Shown: positions 11,231 through 20,825 of the stretch, one piece after another
Numbering within the stretch: the stretch's first letter is position 1
Layout of the letters: each line of letters begins with the position of its first letter
Assembly (NCBI GenBank): GCA_035528115.1
Contig: DATKZF010000001.1
Location: 92,508 to 156,507, forward strand
DNA length: 64,000 nucleotides
Origin: Candidatus Bipolaricaulota bacterium
GTDB taxonomy: Bacteria > Patescibacteriota > Patescibacteriia > UBA11705 > DATKZF01
Direction: 5' to 3'
Made by a program: the position numbers and the translations under genes
The notes under the pieces: model-generated
Told to the model about the DNA's origin: nothing
The model's database searches: none
The model's input: the letters and a program-made list of their open reading frames with translations, nothing else

Positions 11231-12895
11231 ATGCCTACATTAAATTGGATTGGAAAAGACGCAGTAATAAACCACGACAAAGAGGTTCCTTTTCGATTAC
11301 TCAAAAAAGTTAAGTCCGCTTCCGTAGGCAATTCTCAAAATCTCATTTTGCATGGCGACAATCTACATGCCTTGAAGGCTTTAATGCCATATTACACAGG
11401 TAAAATTGAGTGTATATATATTGATCCACCGTACAACACTGGGTCTGAAAAGTGGGTTTATAATGATAAAGTAAATTCACCCAAAATTAGAAGGTGGTTA
11501 AAAAAGATAGTAGATAGAGATGATCTTTGCAAACACGACAAATGGCTTTGCATGTTGTATCCAAGGTTGAAGCTTCTAAAAGATTTACTAAGTCAAGACG
11601 GTATTATTTTTATTAGCATTGACGATAATGAGTTCGCTCAACTTAAATTACTTTGTGATGAAATTTTTGGAGAATCAAATTTTATTTCGATGTTATCAAT
11701 TGAAAACAATCCTAAAGGTAGAAAAAATTCGGCTTTTATTTCTGTCAGTAATGAATATTGTTTAATATATGCCAAGGATAAAAATATTAGCTATTTTGTA
11801 GAAAATATTCCTAAAGGAGCAAAAGATTTAGCGCTTGATGAAAATGGAGTTTATGTACACAACAGTGGGAAAAGAGTGCTTGTAGGAGAAAACAAATTTA
11901 ATCCCGTTGTTGAAAATTTTGAATCGAGTAAACACTATAGCGTCTATTACAACAAATCCAAAAATGAAATAATCACCGTGAAAGAGAGATCTATTCATGA
12001 TAAAAATACAGATTTACTAAATAAAGGTTACAAAAGATATTATTCATATTTTGAAGATAAATTTGTTTTAAATACCTATACAGCGTCAAAAATTAAGCAA
12101 CTTTTTGAAAATGATGCTCTGGATTTTAAAAACGGAAAAATATATGAAAAGAACTTTAGTACAAAAATTAGGATTAAAAGCCTAGTTACCAATAGTAAAT
12201 ATGTAGCAGTTATAGACAACGAAAAAAAGGAATACCAAATAGATGTTAAAACTACTTCGGCAGGTACTGAATTAAAAAATCTTTTTGGCGCTAAAAAAAT
12301 CCCCTTCGATAACCCAAAAAATATAGGCCTGATTAAACTATTAGTTACTTTGTTTGAAAGAAAGGACATAACAATCCTTGATTCTTTTGCTGGCTCCGGC
12401 ACAACAGGTCACGCCGTTTTGGACTTAAACAAAGAAGATGAAGGAAATCGCAAATTCATCCTCGTTGAAATGGAGGACAATGTTGCCAAAGATATTACGG
12501 CGGAACGAGTAAAACGAGCGATCAAAAAATACGATTATAAAGACGGCTTCGAATATTGCGAACTCAGCAAACCACTTTTTGATGAAGAAGGCCAAATTGA
12601 GGACACTTGCGACTTTGACCAATTCGCAACCTACATTTACTTTACTGAAACGCAAACCAACATAGACCCTGCCAATGTATCGGGAAATTTTATCGGCGAA
12701 TACGCAGAAACCGAGTATTATTTGATATACAAAGAGAAGGGCGAAAATGTATTGAGTAAATCTTTTCTGAAAAAATTACGAAAAACCGACGGTACAAAAA
12801 TAATTTACGCCGACAAATGCTTGCTTGATGAGGCAACACTTGAGAGCCACAACATCATCTTCAAACAAATTCCTTACGAAGTTAAAGTTTACTAA
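11231..12895 (+). CDS. mod: Type III restriction-modification methyltransferase (Mod, N6-adenine, beta-class)
   Basis: DPPYNTG (motif IV) lies upstream of FAGSGTTGHAV (motif I). A large target-recognition region sits between them. Confidence 0.9.
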   Translation: MPTLNWIGKDAVINHDKEVPFRLLKKVKSASVGNSQNLILHGDNLHALKALMPYYTGKIECIYIDPPYNTGSEKWVYNDKVNSPKIRRWLKKIVDRDDLCKHDKWLCMLYPRLKLLKDLLSQDGIIFISIDDNEFAQLKLLCDEIFGESNFISMLSIENNPKGRKNSAFISVSNEYCLIYAKDKNISYFVENIPKGAKDLALDENGVYVHNSGKRVLVGENKFNPVVENFESSKHYSVYYNKSKNEIITVKERSIHDKNTDLLNKGYKRYYSYFEDKFVLNTYTASKIKQLFENDALDFKNGKIYEKNFSTKIRIKSLVTNSKYVAVIDNEKKEYQIDVKTTSAGTELKNLFGAKKIPFDNPKNIGLIKLLVTLFERKDITILDSFAGSGTTGHAVLDLNKEDEGNRKFILVEMEDNVAKDITAERVKRAIKKYDYKDGFEYCELSKPLFDEEGQIEDTCDFDQFATYIYFTETQTNIDPANVSGNFIGEYAETEYYLIYKEKGENVLSKSFLKKLRKTDGTKIIYADKCLLDEATLESHNIIFKQIPYEVKVY

Positions 12896-12897
12896 TT

Positions 12898-15168
12898 ATG
12901 GAACTCAAAAAATATCAACAATCAGCGCTAGACAAGCTCAAAGCCTACCTCAAAGGCATAGAGGCCGTCGGGCCAAAATATGCTTTCATGGGTGAAACCG
13001 ACCGACCGTATCACGGCGACTTTTTCGGTGATGTGCCTTTCGTTTGTGTAAAAATCCCGACTGGCGGAGGAAAAACGCTTGTCGGCTGTCATGCTATCAA
13101 CGAAATCATGCGCTCTTTCCTCAAGCACAAAATGGATAGAGGAATTGTGATGTGGTTTGTGCCGTCCGAGGCTATCAAATCCCAAACACTCAAAAAATTT
13201 AAAGACCGCAACGACTGGCACAGGCAGGTTTTGGACGAGGCATTTCAAAACAGCGTGCGTATTTTTTCAAACGAGGAAGCATTGCGAATCAGAAAAGAGG
13301 ATGTTCAGGACAATCTTTGCATTATCATTTCCAGTTTGGAGGCTTTCCGAAAAGAAAAAACGCTCCAAAAGAAATACAAGGTTTATCAAGAAAATGGCGC
13401 ACTATTGAGCCATTTTGAAAATCTTGATGACCGAGACGACCTAGAAAAAGACGAGGAAGGCACAATTATTAATTCCCTCGCAAATGTCGTCCGCATGAGC
13501 AACCCGCTTGTGGTGATTGATGAAGGTCACAAAACAAAGACCGAGCTTTCAATGGATTTTCTCAATAGTCTGAATCCAAGTTTTATAATTGAATACACTG
13601 CAACACCACGCTCCGGCAGTAATATTTTAGTGGATATTTCCCCCGCTGAACTCAAAGACGAGCAGATGGTGAAAATTCCACTTGTACTTGAAAGCTCCGC
13701 CCAATGGCAAAACGCCGTTGCCCGCGGTCTTGAGAAGCGAGCCGAAATTGAAAAAGAAGGTAAGAAAAATACAGGCGAATATATCCGTCCAATTGCCCTA
13801 ATCCAAGCCCAGCCAAAAAGCAAAACGCAAAACAACGTAACTGTTGATCAAATCAAGGAATATTTACTTTCCGCCAAAATTTCCGAAGAAGAAATTGCGA
13901 TCAAAACATCCGACCGAAACGATTTAGAGGGCGTTGATTTATTTAGCAAGAAATGTAAAATCCGCTACATAATAACCGTTAGTGCGCTCGCCGAAGGATG
14001 GGACTGTTCTTTTGCCTATGTTCTCATTTCCGTTGCCAATGTCGGCGCAAAAATAGCCGTTGAACAGATCATCGGACGCATTATCCGTATGCCGTATGCC
14101 AAACGAAAGAAAAACGAGGCATTAAACCGCTCTTACATTTTCGCCTCCGCCAAAAACTTCAATGAGGCAGCCAGCAACATCATTTCAGGACTAGAAAGAA
14201 ACGGCTACAGCAAACTGGACTTGATCGGCGCTTCATCAAACGGCGATACCGCAAAAGACCCGAAAGAAGTAAACCGAGCCGTGAAAAAGAATTTTGCCGT
14301 TCCGATGATGAGCTTGGAGGATGAAAAACTGACCTTTGAAGAACTGATCGGCGAAGATTTTGAGCTGGCCAAACAAAACGCTGAGTTTGATTTTGAAATT
14401 CATTATGATAATGACGGCAGAGCGATTATCGATATTCAAGCCGACAAATGGATTAAGGGCGCTCAACAATTCTTAAAGCTCACCTATAAAGATAAAAACT
14501 TCTCAAAAAAGGAACTAGTGCAATGGTTAGACAAAAAGCTACGCTACACCCTCCTGGCTCAACCTGATAAAGTAAATTTTATTGATAACGCTTTGGAATA
14601 TCAACTAAAGAAAAAATCATTGATTGAATTGTCAGTTAATCGCTATGTTTTACTTAATAAGCTCGGCGAGGTAATAGATGGCATTTTGGAAGCACACAGT
14701 AAAACTCAGTTTGATAAAGCATTGTCTGCCAAAAAAATTACTGTTAAACCGTTTGATAAATATCCCGAGACAATTATTTTGGATCAGGAAATGCCTCAAG
14801 AATTCAACAAATCATACTATGAAAAAGTTGGTAAATTGAATAAAGAAGAATTGAATTTGATTGACCGGCTGGATTTAGAGACTTTACCGAACATTGATTT
14901 TTGGATACGCAATAGAGAAAAGACTGATCCGTTCTATATTATTGGTTGGAAGAAAAATAAATTTTATCCCGATTTTGTCGTCTATACAAAAAAAGGCAAT
15001 ATTATTGCGTTAGAGTGGAAAGGCGAAGATCGGGTTAGCAACAAGGATACAGAATACAAAGTTGATATTAGTAACAAATGGGCAGCACTCGCTAAGGGCA
15101 AACTGCATTTCTTCTTGGTTCATATTGGGAATATTGAAGATGTGTTGAACAGCCTAAGAGGACTTTAA
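12898..15168 (+). CDS. res: Type III restriction endonuclease Res subunit (SF2 helicase plus C-terminal PD-(D/E)xK)
   Basis: KIPTGGGKT Walker A and VIDEGHK (DEGH) helicase motifs. The C-terminal YPDFVV...IIALEWK is PD-ExK-like. The gene starts 3 nt after mod. Confidence 0.9.
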   Translation: MELKKYQQSALDKLKAYLKGIEAVGPKYAFMGETDRPYHGDFFGDVPFVCVKIPTGGGKTLVGCHAINEIMRSFLKHKMDRGIVMWFVPSEAIKSQTLKKFKDRNDWHRQVLDEAFQNSVRIFSNEEALRIRKEDVQDNLCIIISSLEAFRKEKTLQKKYKVYQENGALLSHFENLDDRDDLEKDEEGTIINSLANVVRMSNPLVVIDEGHKTKTELSMDFLNSLNPSFIIEYTATPRSGSNILVDISPAELKDEQMVKIPLVLESSAQWQNAVARGLEKRAEIEKEGKKNTGEYIRPIALIQAQPKSKTQNNVTVDQIKEYLLSAKISEEEIAIKTSDRNDLEGVDLFSKKCKIRYIITVSALAEGWDCSFAYVLISVANVGAKIAVEQIIGRIIRMPYAKRKKNEALNRSYIFASAKNFNEAASNIISGLERNGYSKLDLIGASSNGDTAKDPKEVNRAVKKNFAVPMMSLEDEKLTFEELIGEDFELAKQNAEFDFEIHYDNDGRAIIDIQADKWIKGAQQFLKLTYKDKNFSKKELVQWLDKKLRYTLLAQPDKVNFIDNALEYQLKKKSLIELSVNRYVLLNKLGEVIDGILEAHSKTQFDKALSAKKITVKPFDKYPETIILDQEMPQEFNKSYYEKVGKLNKEELNLIDRLDLETLPNIDFWIRNREKTDPFYIIGWKKNKFYPDFVVYTKKGNIIALEWKGEDRVSNKDTEYKVDISNKWAALAKGKLHFFLVHIGNIEDVLNSLRGL

Positions 15169-15214
15169 AATATTTAAGTAGCATTAAAAATGACGGAAAA
15201 TAATATAAATTAAA

Positions 15215-16114
15215 ATGAGTGAAGAATTTACTAAAATAACTATAGACGAATTAATCGGCCCACCTATAGATATTTCTAAACTTGATGTGAGTTCTAAGTC
15301 AGCTTTATCAAAAGCCGCATTTGATTTATATAGAGAAACTGCAATGGTTGCTGTATTGGCATCCCATTTATATGAGTCTTATCAGCCAGAAAGAAGTGCA
15401 TTACCACGTGATCAGGCAATAGGTATTGGCCTAATCGTGAGGATATCAAAATTTATGTCATCGGTTTTAGCACTTTTGTGTGACAAAGAAAGAGAGCACG
15501 GCGAAGTCATAATGAGTTTGAATAGGTGTATTATTGAATCAGCAATAAACTTAAAATTTTTTTGCGAAGAAGCATTAGAACTGGATTTTGAAGAATTTGT
15601 TAAATCAAGTCTTAAACCAGAAAAGGAGGCATATGATTCAATTCAGAAAAATATTAGCAAAAGAGGATCGACATTACCAATTGAAAAAAGAATGCTCAAC
15701 TCAATTAACCTAACCTTTCGTACTTCTGGGATAAAAGAAGTAAGCGAGCTTACATCGATTCCCAAAAGGAAGAATTACAAAGATATTCTTACTATAATGG
15801 GGATGGAGTCATTCTATCCGTTTTTCCAAGGAATTCCATCCCACGCTATACATGGCACTTGGGTGGATCTTATACTTCACCACTTAGAAAAAACAGATGA
15901 CGGTTTTAGGCCTAAACCAGAGCCTACTGTTACAGACGCACGTTTACTGTGTCCCATTAACCTCATAATTCTAACGGCCATACAATCTTATATCAAAAAA
16001 TATTTTATACATGATAGTGAAGTGTTTGTGGCTCTCGTGGATAGAATTAGTGGACTACTAGAACTTAATAATAAAGTTGATACTGCTCACGAAGAGAGCA
16101 TTTCCAATAAATAA
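15215..16114 (+). CDS. Hypothetical protein attached to the Type III R-M pair
   Basis: 299 aa, same AT-rich composition as mod/res. No motif I recognise; it sits inside the repeat-bounded island. Confidence 0.6.
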   Translation: MSEEFTKITIDELIGPPIDISKLDVSSKSALSKAAFDLYRETAMVAVLASHLYESYQPERSALPRDQAIGIGLIVRISKFMSSVLALLCDKEREHGEVIMSLNRCIIESAINLKFFCEEALELDFEEFVKSSLKPEKEAYDSIQKNISKRGSTLPIEKRMLNSINLTFRTSGIKEVSELTSIPKRKNYKDILTIMGMESFYPFFQGIPSHAIHGTWVDLILHHLEKTDDGFRPKPEPTVTDARLLCPINLIILTAIQSYIKKYFIHDSEVFVALVDRISGLLELNNKVDTAHEESISNK

Positions 16115-16122
16115 ATGGCTAC

Positions 16123-16146
16123 AGGGGGCATTCACCCCTTTTATTC
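16123..16146 (+). terminator. Weak intrinsic terminator
   Basis: GGGGG-cattca-CCCC followed by TTTTATT. Confidence 0.35.
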
Positions 16147-16177
16147 CCCTCTGCCCTCCGCCCAAAAGCTAAAAAAA

Positions 16178-16205
16178 TGAGTTTTGGGAGGGGAAAGGGT
16201 AAAAT
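16178..16205. repeat. 28-bp direct repeat, right copy
   Basis: Identical to 11023..11050. Confidence 0.8.
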
Positions 16206-16237
16206 GCAGTTAGCTGAAATTCCAAAATTTCAATAAT

Positions 16238-16579
16238 ATGCTCATAAAAAAAACAGAAGCTAAAAAATTTGAAAATTCCAAAGACTGCGCGGTTTGGGAA
16301 TATGAATTTCCAAGTAAAGATTTCAGCTATGCGACCGCTTTGATCAATGGTCGCTATCCGGAACGGAAAAGAGTAACAAATTTGGAATGTGAAGAAATAT
16401 ATTTTGCTATCTCCGGTTCCGGAATCATTCATTCTGAAAAAGGAGATTTTAAAATTAATGAAGGCGATTTATACTTCTTTGAAAAAAGCGAAGTTTATTG
16501 GGTGGAAGGAAGTCAATTATTGTTAGCATTGGTAAATGCGCCCAAATGGACGCCTGAACAACATAAGATTGTTGACTAA
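16238..16579 (+). CDS. Cupin-fold small protein
   Basis: 113 aa with a beta-barrel cupin-like composition, immediately upstream of rmlC. Confidence 0.5.
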   Translation: MLIKKTEAKKFENSKDCAVWEYEFPSKDFSYATALINGRYPERKRVTNLECEEIYFAISGSGIIHSEKGDFKINEGDLYFFEKSEVYWVEGSQLLLALVNAPKWTPEQHKIVD

Positions 16580-16653
16580 GTGAGTGACTTGTTTAGGGAT
16601 CATGGAGTTTGAATTTCAGGCGAAAAAAAGGTAAAATGACTATATAAAATAAT

Positions 16654-17214
16654 ATGAAAACCTGCGGCAATTTCAATTTTATCGAAACCGAGCTCAAAGA
16701 CGTTTTTATTATCGAACCTAAAGTTTTCGGAGATGAGAGGGGATTCTTTTTGGAAACGTATAATGAAACCGCTTTTAAGGAATTCGGCCTGGACTTGAGA
16801 TTCGTTCAAGACAACCATTCGAAATCGCAAAAGGGCGTGTTGCGCGGTTTTCATTTTCAAAAAAAACACCCCCAAGGAAAACTGATCAGAGTCACGGCCG
16901 GAGCGGTTTTGGACGCGGCAATTGATATGAGAAAATCGTCTCCGACTTTCGGCCAAGCGCAAGCATTCGAATTATCAGCGGCCAACAAAAAAATGCTGTG
17001 GATTCCCAAGGGATTCGGTCATGCTTTTTTAAGCCTTGAGGATGATACCGGGTTTATGTACAAATGCACTGATTTATATCATGTTGAAGACGAGGGAGGA
17101 ATTATTTGGAATGATCCCAAAGTTAAAATCGATTGGGGCGTTTTGGCGCCGTTGGTTTCGGACAAGGATCAAAAGTGGCCGCGATTTGAAGAATCGGATT
17201 TTTATTTCGAATAA
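16654..17214 (+). CDS. rmlC: dTDP-4-dehydrorhamnose 3,5-epimerase
   Basis: RGFHFQ, GKLIRV and WIPKGFGHAF motifs. Confidence 0.9.
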   Translation: MKTCGNFNFIETELKDVFIIEPKVFGDERGFFLETYNETAFKEFGLDLRFVQDNHSKSQKGVLRGFHFQKKHPQGKLIRVTAGAVLDAAIDMRKSSPTFGQAQAFELSAANKKMLWIPKGFGHAFLSLEDDTGFMYKCTDLYHVEDEGGIIWNDPKVKIDWGVLAPLVSDKDQKWPRFEESDFYFE

Positions 17215-17226
17215 TTTTAAAAAAAT

Positions 17227-17454
17227 ATGTCGCCATCTGTCTTAAAATGTTCGGTTTGCGGCAGTGATCAACTTTTTATGTCAAAATTGCAAGCCGGATT
17301 CTCGGGCGCGCACGGTTTTTCGCTGGAACCTGACAGAAAAACCTGGAATAAAAAAGGCGTAAAGCCGCAAACGTGGGTGTGCGAAGATTGCGGTCAGGTG
17401 ATTTTTTTCATCGCGCCTCATGAAAAGGACAATATTTTCAGATTTACCAAATGA
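17227..17454 (+). CDS. Zinc-ribbon small protein
   Basis: Two CxxC pairs (CSVCG ... CEDCG). Confidence 0.55.
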   Translation: MSPSVLKCSVCGSDQLFMSKLQAGFSGAHGFSLEPDRKTWNKKGVKPQTWVCEDCGQVIFFIAPHEKDNIFRFTK

Positions 17455-17460
17455 AGCGGA

Positions 17461-17594
17461 GTTACGAATTACAAGATTCTAGTTGGATTTTAGGTAATTT
17501 GTTACTAATTACAAGATTCTTAGGCATAAAGCTATAAGTTCATGTATTTCGTAACAACCGCTTGGAAGCTAAATAGAAGAATGTAATTCGTAAC
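17461..17594 (+). repeat. MITE-like repeat, 134-bp form (R2)
   Basis: GTTACGAATTACAA at the 5' end and AATGTAATTCGTAAC at the 3' end. The internal blocks (attcttaggcataaagctataa, aaccgcttggaagctaa) are shared with R7. Confidence 0.7.
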
Positions 17595-17661
17595 AGTAAT
17601 ATCCACTTTTGAGGACATAAATATTTTTTTATGTCTTTTTTTGTGCTATAATTTTAACAAT

Positions 17662-17787
17662 ATGAAAGAAAAAACCTTTTTAACGATAGTTGTTATCGTG
17701 ATTTTAATTGTTGTTTTTTTTGGTTATTTATATCTAAAAAACGGTTTGAGTAGCGCGGCTTTGGAAATACCCATGCCGAGCAGATAA
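17662..17787 (+). CDS. Possible 41-aa single-TM micropeptide
   Basis: MKEKTFLTIVVIVILIVVFFGYLYLKNGLSSAALEIPMPSR. It follows an extended -10 (TGCTATAAT) and ends 4 nt before the protease gene. Confidence 0.3.
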   Translation: MKEKTFLTIVVIVILIVVFFGYLYLKNGLSSAALEIPMPSR

Positions 17788-17791
17788 AATT

Positions 17792-18628
17792 ATGAGCAAA
17801 ACAAAAAACGGCAAAGCCAAGCTATCGGCTTTGTGGCAGACTTTATTAACCTTTGCCTTGGCGCAAGTGGTGTCTCTTGTTACAGCCATTGTTATTTGGC
17901 AAGAACAAGACTTCACTCCAATAACCATGCCCGTTCCTTGGTACACTTTCGTTTTGTCTTTTTCGATTGCCACACTTTTCGTGCTTTTGGCCATAAAATA
18001 CCTTAAAGGCGGCAGGTTCTTCATCTTGTTTTTTTACTTACTGGTGGCCATCGGAGCCATGGAAGTTTTTAGCTCCTTTTTGATTTCCGAATTGGCTTTG
18101 CTGTGCGTTTTAATAATTTTGATAATCAGATTGTCAGCCCCCAGCATTTGGATTCATAATCTCGCCATTATTGTGGGCTTGGCCGGAATTTCAGCTTCGA
18201 TCGGCAAGGATTTGACGCCAATGGGAGTCATCGTGATTTTGATTGTCTTATCGGTTTACGATTACATCGCCGTATATAAAACTAAAACGATGGTAAAAAT
18301 GTTCAAAGGGCTTTTATCCAGAGGCGTGATATTTTCAATTATCATTCCCGAGCATGTTAAAAATTGGACAGTGCCCTTGCAGAAGGTCAGGCAAGGTGAA
18401 GGCTTTATGTTTTTGGGCACCGGAGATATTGCTTTGCCCATGATTTTCGCGGCCAGCGTCTTGCCGGAAGGCCTGATAGCTTCCTTGGGCGTGATCATCG
18501 GTTCGCTTGTCGGAGTTTTGTGCATCCACTTGATTTTCAACATACAAAAGAAACGCGCGCCCATGCCAGCTCTGCCTCCGATAGCGTTCTTTTCGATTTT
18601 GGGATATCTAATTTCCATGTTTATATAA
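17792..18628 (+). CDS. Presenilin / signal-peptide-peptidase-like intramembrane aspartyl protease (A22 family)
   Basis: Polytopic membrane protein with YD (SVYDYIAV), GxGD (FLGTGDIALP) and PAL (MPALPP) motifs in the canonical order and spacing. Confidence 0.6.
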   Translation: MSKTKNGKAKLSALWQTLLTFALAQVVSLVTAIVIWQEQDFTPITMPVPWYTFVLSFSIATLFVLLAIKYLKGGRFFILFFYLLVAIGAMEVFSSFLISELALLCVLIILIIRLSAPSIWIHNLAIIVGLAGISASIGKDLTPMGVIVILIVLSVYDYIAVYKTKTMVKMFKGLLSRGVIFSIIIPEHVKNWTVPLQKVRQGEGFMFLGTGDIALPMIFAASVLPEGLIASLGVIIGSLVGVLCIHLIFNIQKKRAPMPALPPIAFFSILGYLISMFI

Positions 18629-18631
18629 CTT

Positions 18632-19522
18632 ATGTGGGTATTTTTAGCGATACTTGGTTATTTGTTTTTTTCGATCGGAAATATTATAGATAAACTTGTT
18701 TTGACAAAGATAAAGAGAGCCACGGAATACGCTTTGTCGGTGGGAGTTTTCGGCAGTCTCGGCCTGTTGTTTGTTTTTTTCGGATTTGTTTGGCCGAGCG
18801 AACCCATAATTTTACTGGGTATTTTGGTCGGAGCCTTATACATTTTCGCGTTAATACCTTATTACAAAGCGATTCAACTGGGCCAGGCCAGCAGGGTGGC
18901 CTCGTTCATCGGCGGCTTGATACCGGTGGTTGTTTTAATCTTAACTACGCTGAGCGGCCTTGAACTTCTGACAACCAGGCAGTATTTCGCCTTTTTCTTG
19001 ATTTTGGGAGGCAGTTTCTTGATCTTTTACCATTTGCCGCGAGGCAAAAAATCCAAAACTTCGATTCTGTGGGCGCTGCTTAGCGCGACGGCTCTTGGTT
19101 GCTTTTATTTTTTGTCCAAATTTATTTTTCTTGAAACGGGGTTTGTTTCGGGCTTTGTGATCATGAGAGTCGGAGGAATATTGGCCAGCGTGTCGCTAAT
19201 GTTCTTTCCGCATGTGTTGTCCGATATTTTAAAGGATTATAAAAACAGAAGACGTGAGACCACCAAAGACAAAGCCTTTCTGGTTTTATTGGCGCAATCT
19301 TTGGCCGCGGCCGGATTCGTTTCGGTCAGTTATGCCGTAGCCATCGGCAAGGTCGCCTTGGTTAATGCCATGGCCGGAGCGCAATATGTGTTTTTGTTGA
19401 TCTTGGCGGTTTTATTGGCTAAAAAATTCCCGCAATTAAAAGAACAGGTCGGCAAGGAAGTCGTTATTCAAAAAATAATCGCCATAGTCATAATCATTAC
19501 CGGATTGATTCTAATCATTTGA
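18632..19522 (+). CDS. EamA/DMT-superfamily-like membrane transporter
   Basis: About 10 TM segments with two-repeat architecture. Translationally coupled to its neighbours. Confidence 0.5.
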   Translation: MWVFLAILGYLFFSIGNIIDKLVLTKIKRATEYALSVGVFGSLGLLFVFFGFVWPSEPIILLGILVGALYIFALIPYYKAIQLGQASRVASFIGGLIPVVVLILTTLSGLELLTTRQYFAFFLILGGSFLIFYHLPRGKKSKTSILWALLSATALGCFYFLSKFIFLETGFVSGFVIMRVGGILASVSLMFFPHVLSDILKDYKNRRRETTKDKAFLVLLAQSLAAAGFVSVSYAVAIGKVALVNAMAGAQYVFLLILAVLLAKKFPQLKEQVGKEVVIQKIIAIVIIITGLILII

Positions 19523-19523
19523 T

Positions 19524-20555
19524 ATGGAAAATTCGCAAATCGAACAAAAAAAAGGCCATGGAAAAATAAAATGCGTTTTTATCGTTATCTTAATGCTGGC
19601 GGCTTTGTTGGCCGGCGTGTTGTTTTTTCTTTACACCTTGATTCCGCCAAAGTCCGCCAATGACAACCCTGCTTGGGGCGTGACATATTCTCCCAGATTC
19701 GCCAGAGAACTGGGACTTGATTGGCAAAAAACCTATCTTGATATTTTGGACAATTTGAATTTCAAAAACATCAGACTGGCCGCTTATTGGGATGAAATCG
19801 AACCTGATATCGATGATTATGATTTTAATGATCTGGATTGGATGATTGATGAAGCGTCAAAAAGAAACGTTGACGTGATTTTGGTTTTCGGCAAAAAAGT
19901 TTTGCGTTGGCCCGAGTGTTATGAGCCTCGATGGACCAATACGATCAGCAATGATGAGAAAACGGTCCAGCTTTTGGAAATGGTAGATTTGATTGTAAAT
20001 CGCTACAAAGACAATGAACATATTATCATGTGGCAGGTGGAAAACGAGGTTTTCTTTCCTTTCGGCACTTGTCAAAAGCCTCAGCCAAATGTTTTCGAAA
20101 AAGAAATAGCTTTGGTGAAATCATTGGACGATCGGCCGATAATGCTGACCGATTCCGGGGAATTGAGCACTTGGAGAAAAATTTGCTCACGCGCCGATGT
20201 TTTGGGAATTACCATGTACAGAGATGTCGCCACGCCCATGACCGGCGATTTTCATTGGCCTCTGCCGCCCGAATGGTATTCGAAGCGAGCTTGGTTGGCT
20301 GAAAAAAAAGTCGATAAGGTTATAGTGGCTGAAATGCAAATGGAGCCTTGGTTTAATGTGCCGTTTAACAGCGTGTCCGTATCCGAACAAAGAAATAAAT
20401 TTGATGTGGAATTGTTTAACGATAATATCGATTTTGCCATGAAAGCGGGTTTTGAATCTTATTATTTATGGGGAGTGGAGTGGTGGTATTATATGAATGA
20501 GTACGGGTATTCCGAATATCTTGAAGCGGCGAAAAAGCTTACTCCGTTAAATTGA
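19524..20555 (+). CDS. Membrane-anchored glycoside hydrolase, TIM-barrel (GH5/GH113-like)
   Basis: An N-terminal TM segment, then WQVENEVFFPFG with a candidate catalytic Glu in the NE context. Confidence 0.5.
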   Translation: MENSQIEQKKGHGKIKCVFIVILMLAALLAGVLFFLYTLIPPKSANDNPAWGVTYSPRFARELGLDWQKTYLDILDNLNFKNIRLAAYWDEIEPDIDDYDFNDLDWMIDEASKRNVDVILVFGKKVLRWPECYEPRWTNTISNDEKTVQLLEMVDLIVNRYKDNEHIIMWQVENEVFFPFGTCQKPQPNVFEKEIALVKSLDDRPIMLTDSGELSTWRKICSRADVLGITMYRDVATPMTGDFHWPLPPEWYSKRAWLAEKKVDKVIVAEMQMEPWFNVPFNSVSVSEQRNKFDVELFNDNIDFAMKAGFESYYLWGVEWWYYMNEYGYSEYLEAAKKLTPLN

Positions 20556-20563
20556 TTTTTTGG

Positions 20564-20592
20564 TTGACAAAGATGAAAAGATATCTTAATAT
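20564..20592 (+). promoter_or_regulatory. Sigma70-like promoter TTGACA-N17-TAATAT
   Basis: TTGACA at 20564-20569 and TAATAT at 20587-20592, separated by a 17-bp spacer. Confidence 0.5.
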
Positions 20593-20616
20593 ATTACAAT
20601 AATCAACCGATTTTCT

Positions 20617-20772
20617 ATGAATATTTCATCAAAGAAATGCGCGGTTTGCGGCAAAGAAAGTAATAATCTCATTGAAAAACATGAGCAGGTTTTTTGCGGT
20701 CAGGAATGTTTGAATAAATTCGAAGAGCAACTCAAAGAGCTGGAAGGCATGTCGCTTGACGATTGCTGTTAA
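20617..20772 (+). CDS. 51-aa zinc-binding small protein
   Basis: MNISSKKCAVCGKESNN...FCGQEC...DDCC. Below the ORF-track length cutoff. Confidence 0.5.
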   Translation: MNISSKKCAVCGKESNNLIEKHEQVFCGQECLNKFEEQLKELEGMSLDDCC

Positions 20773-20807
20773 TTAAAAAATCCGGTCAGCGTGGCTGAAA
20801 CCGGATT
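20773..20807. terminator. Bidirectional intrinsic terminator
   Basis: AATCCGGT-cagcgtggctgaa-ACCGGATT with an A-run on the + side and a T-run on the - side. Confidence 0.6.
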
Positions 20808-20825
20808 CGTGGCGGCTATCGAGCC

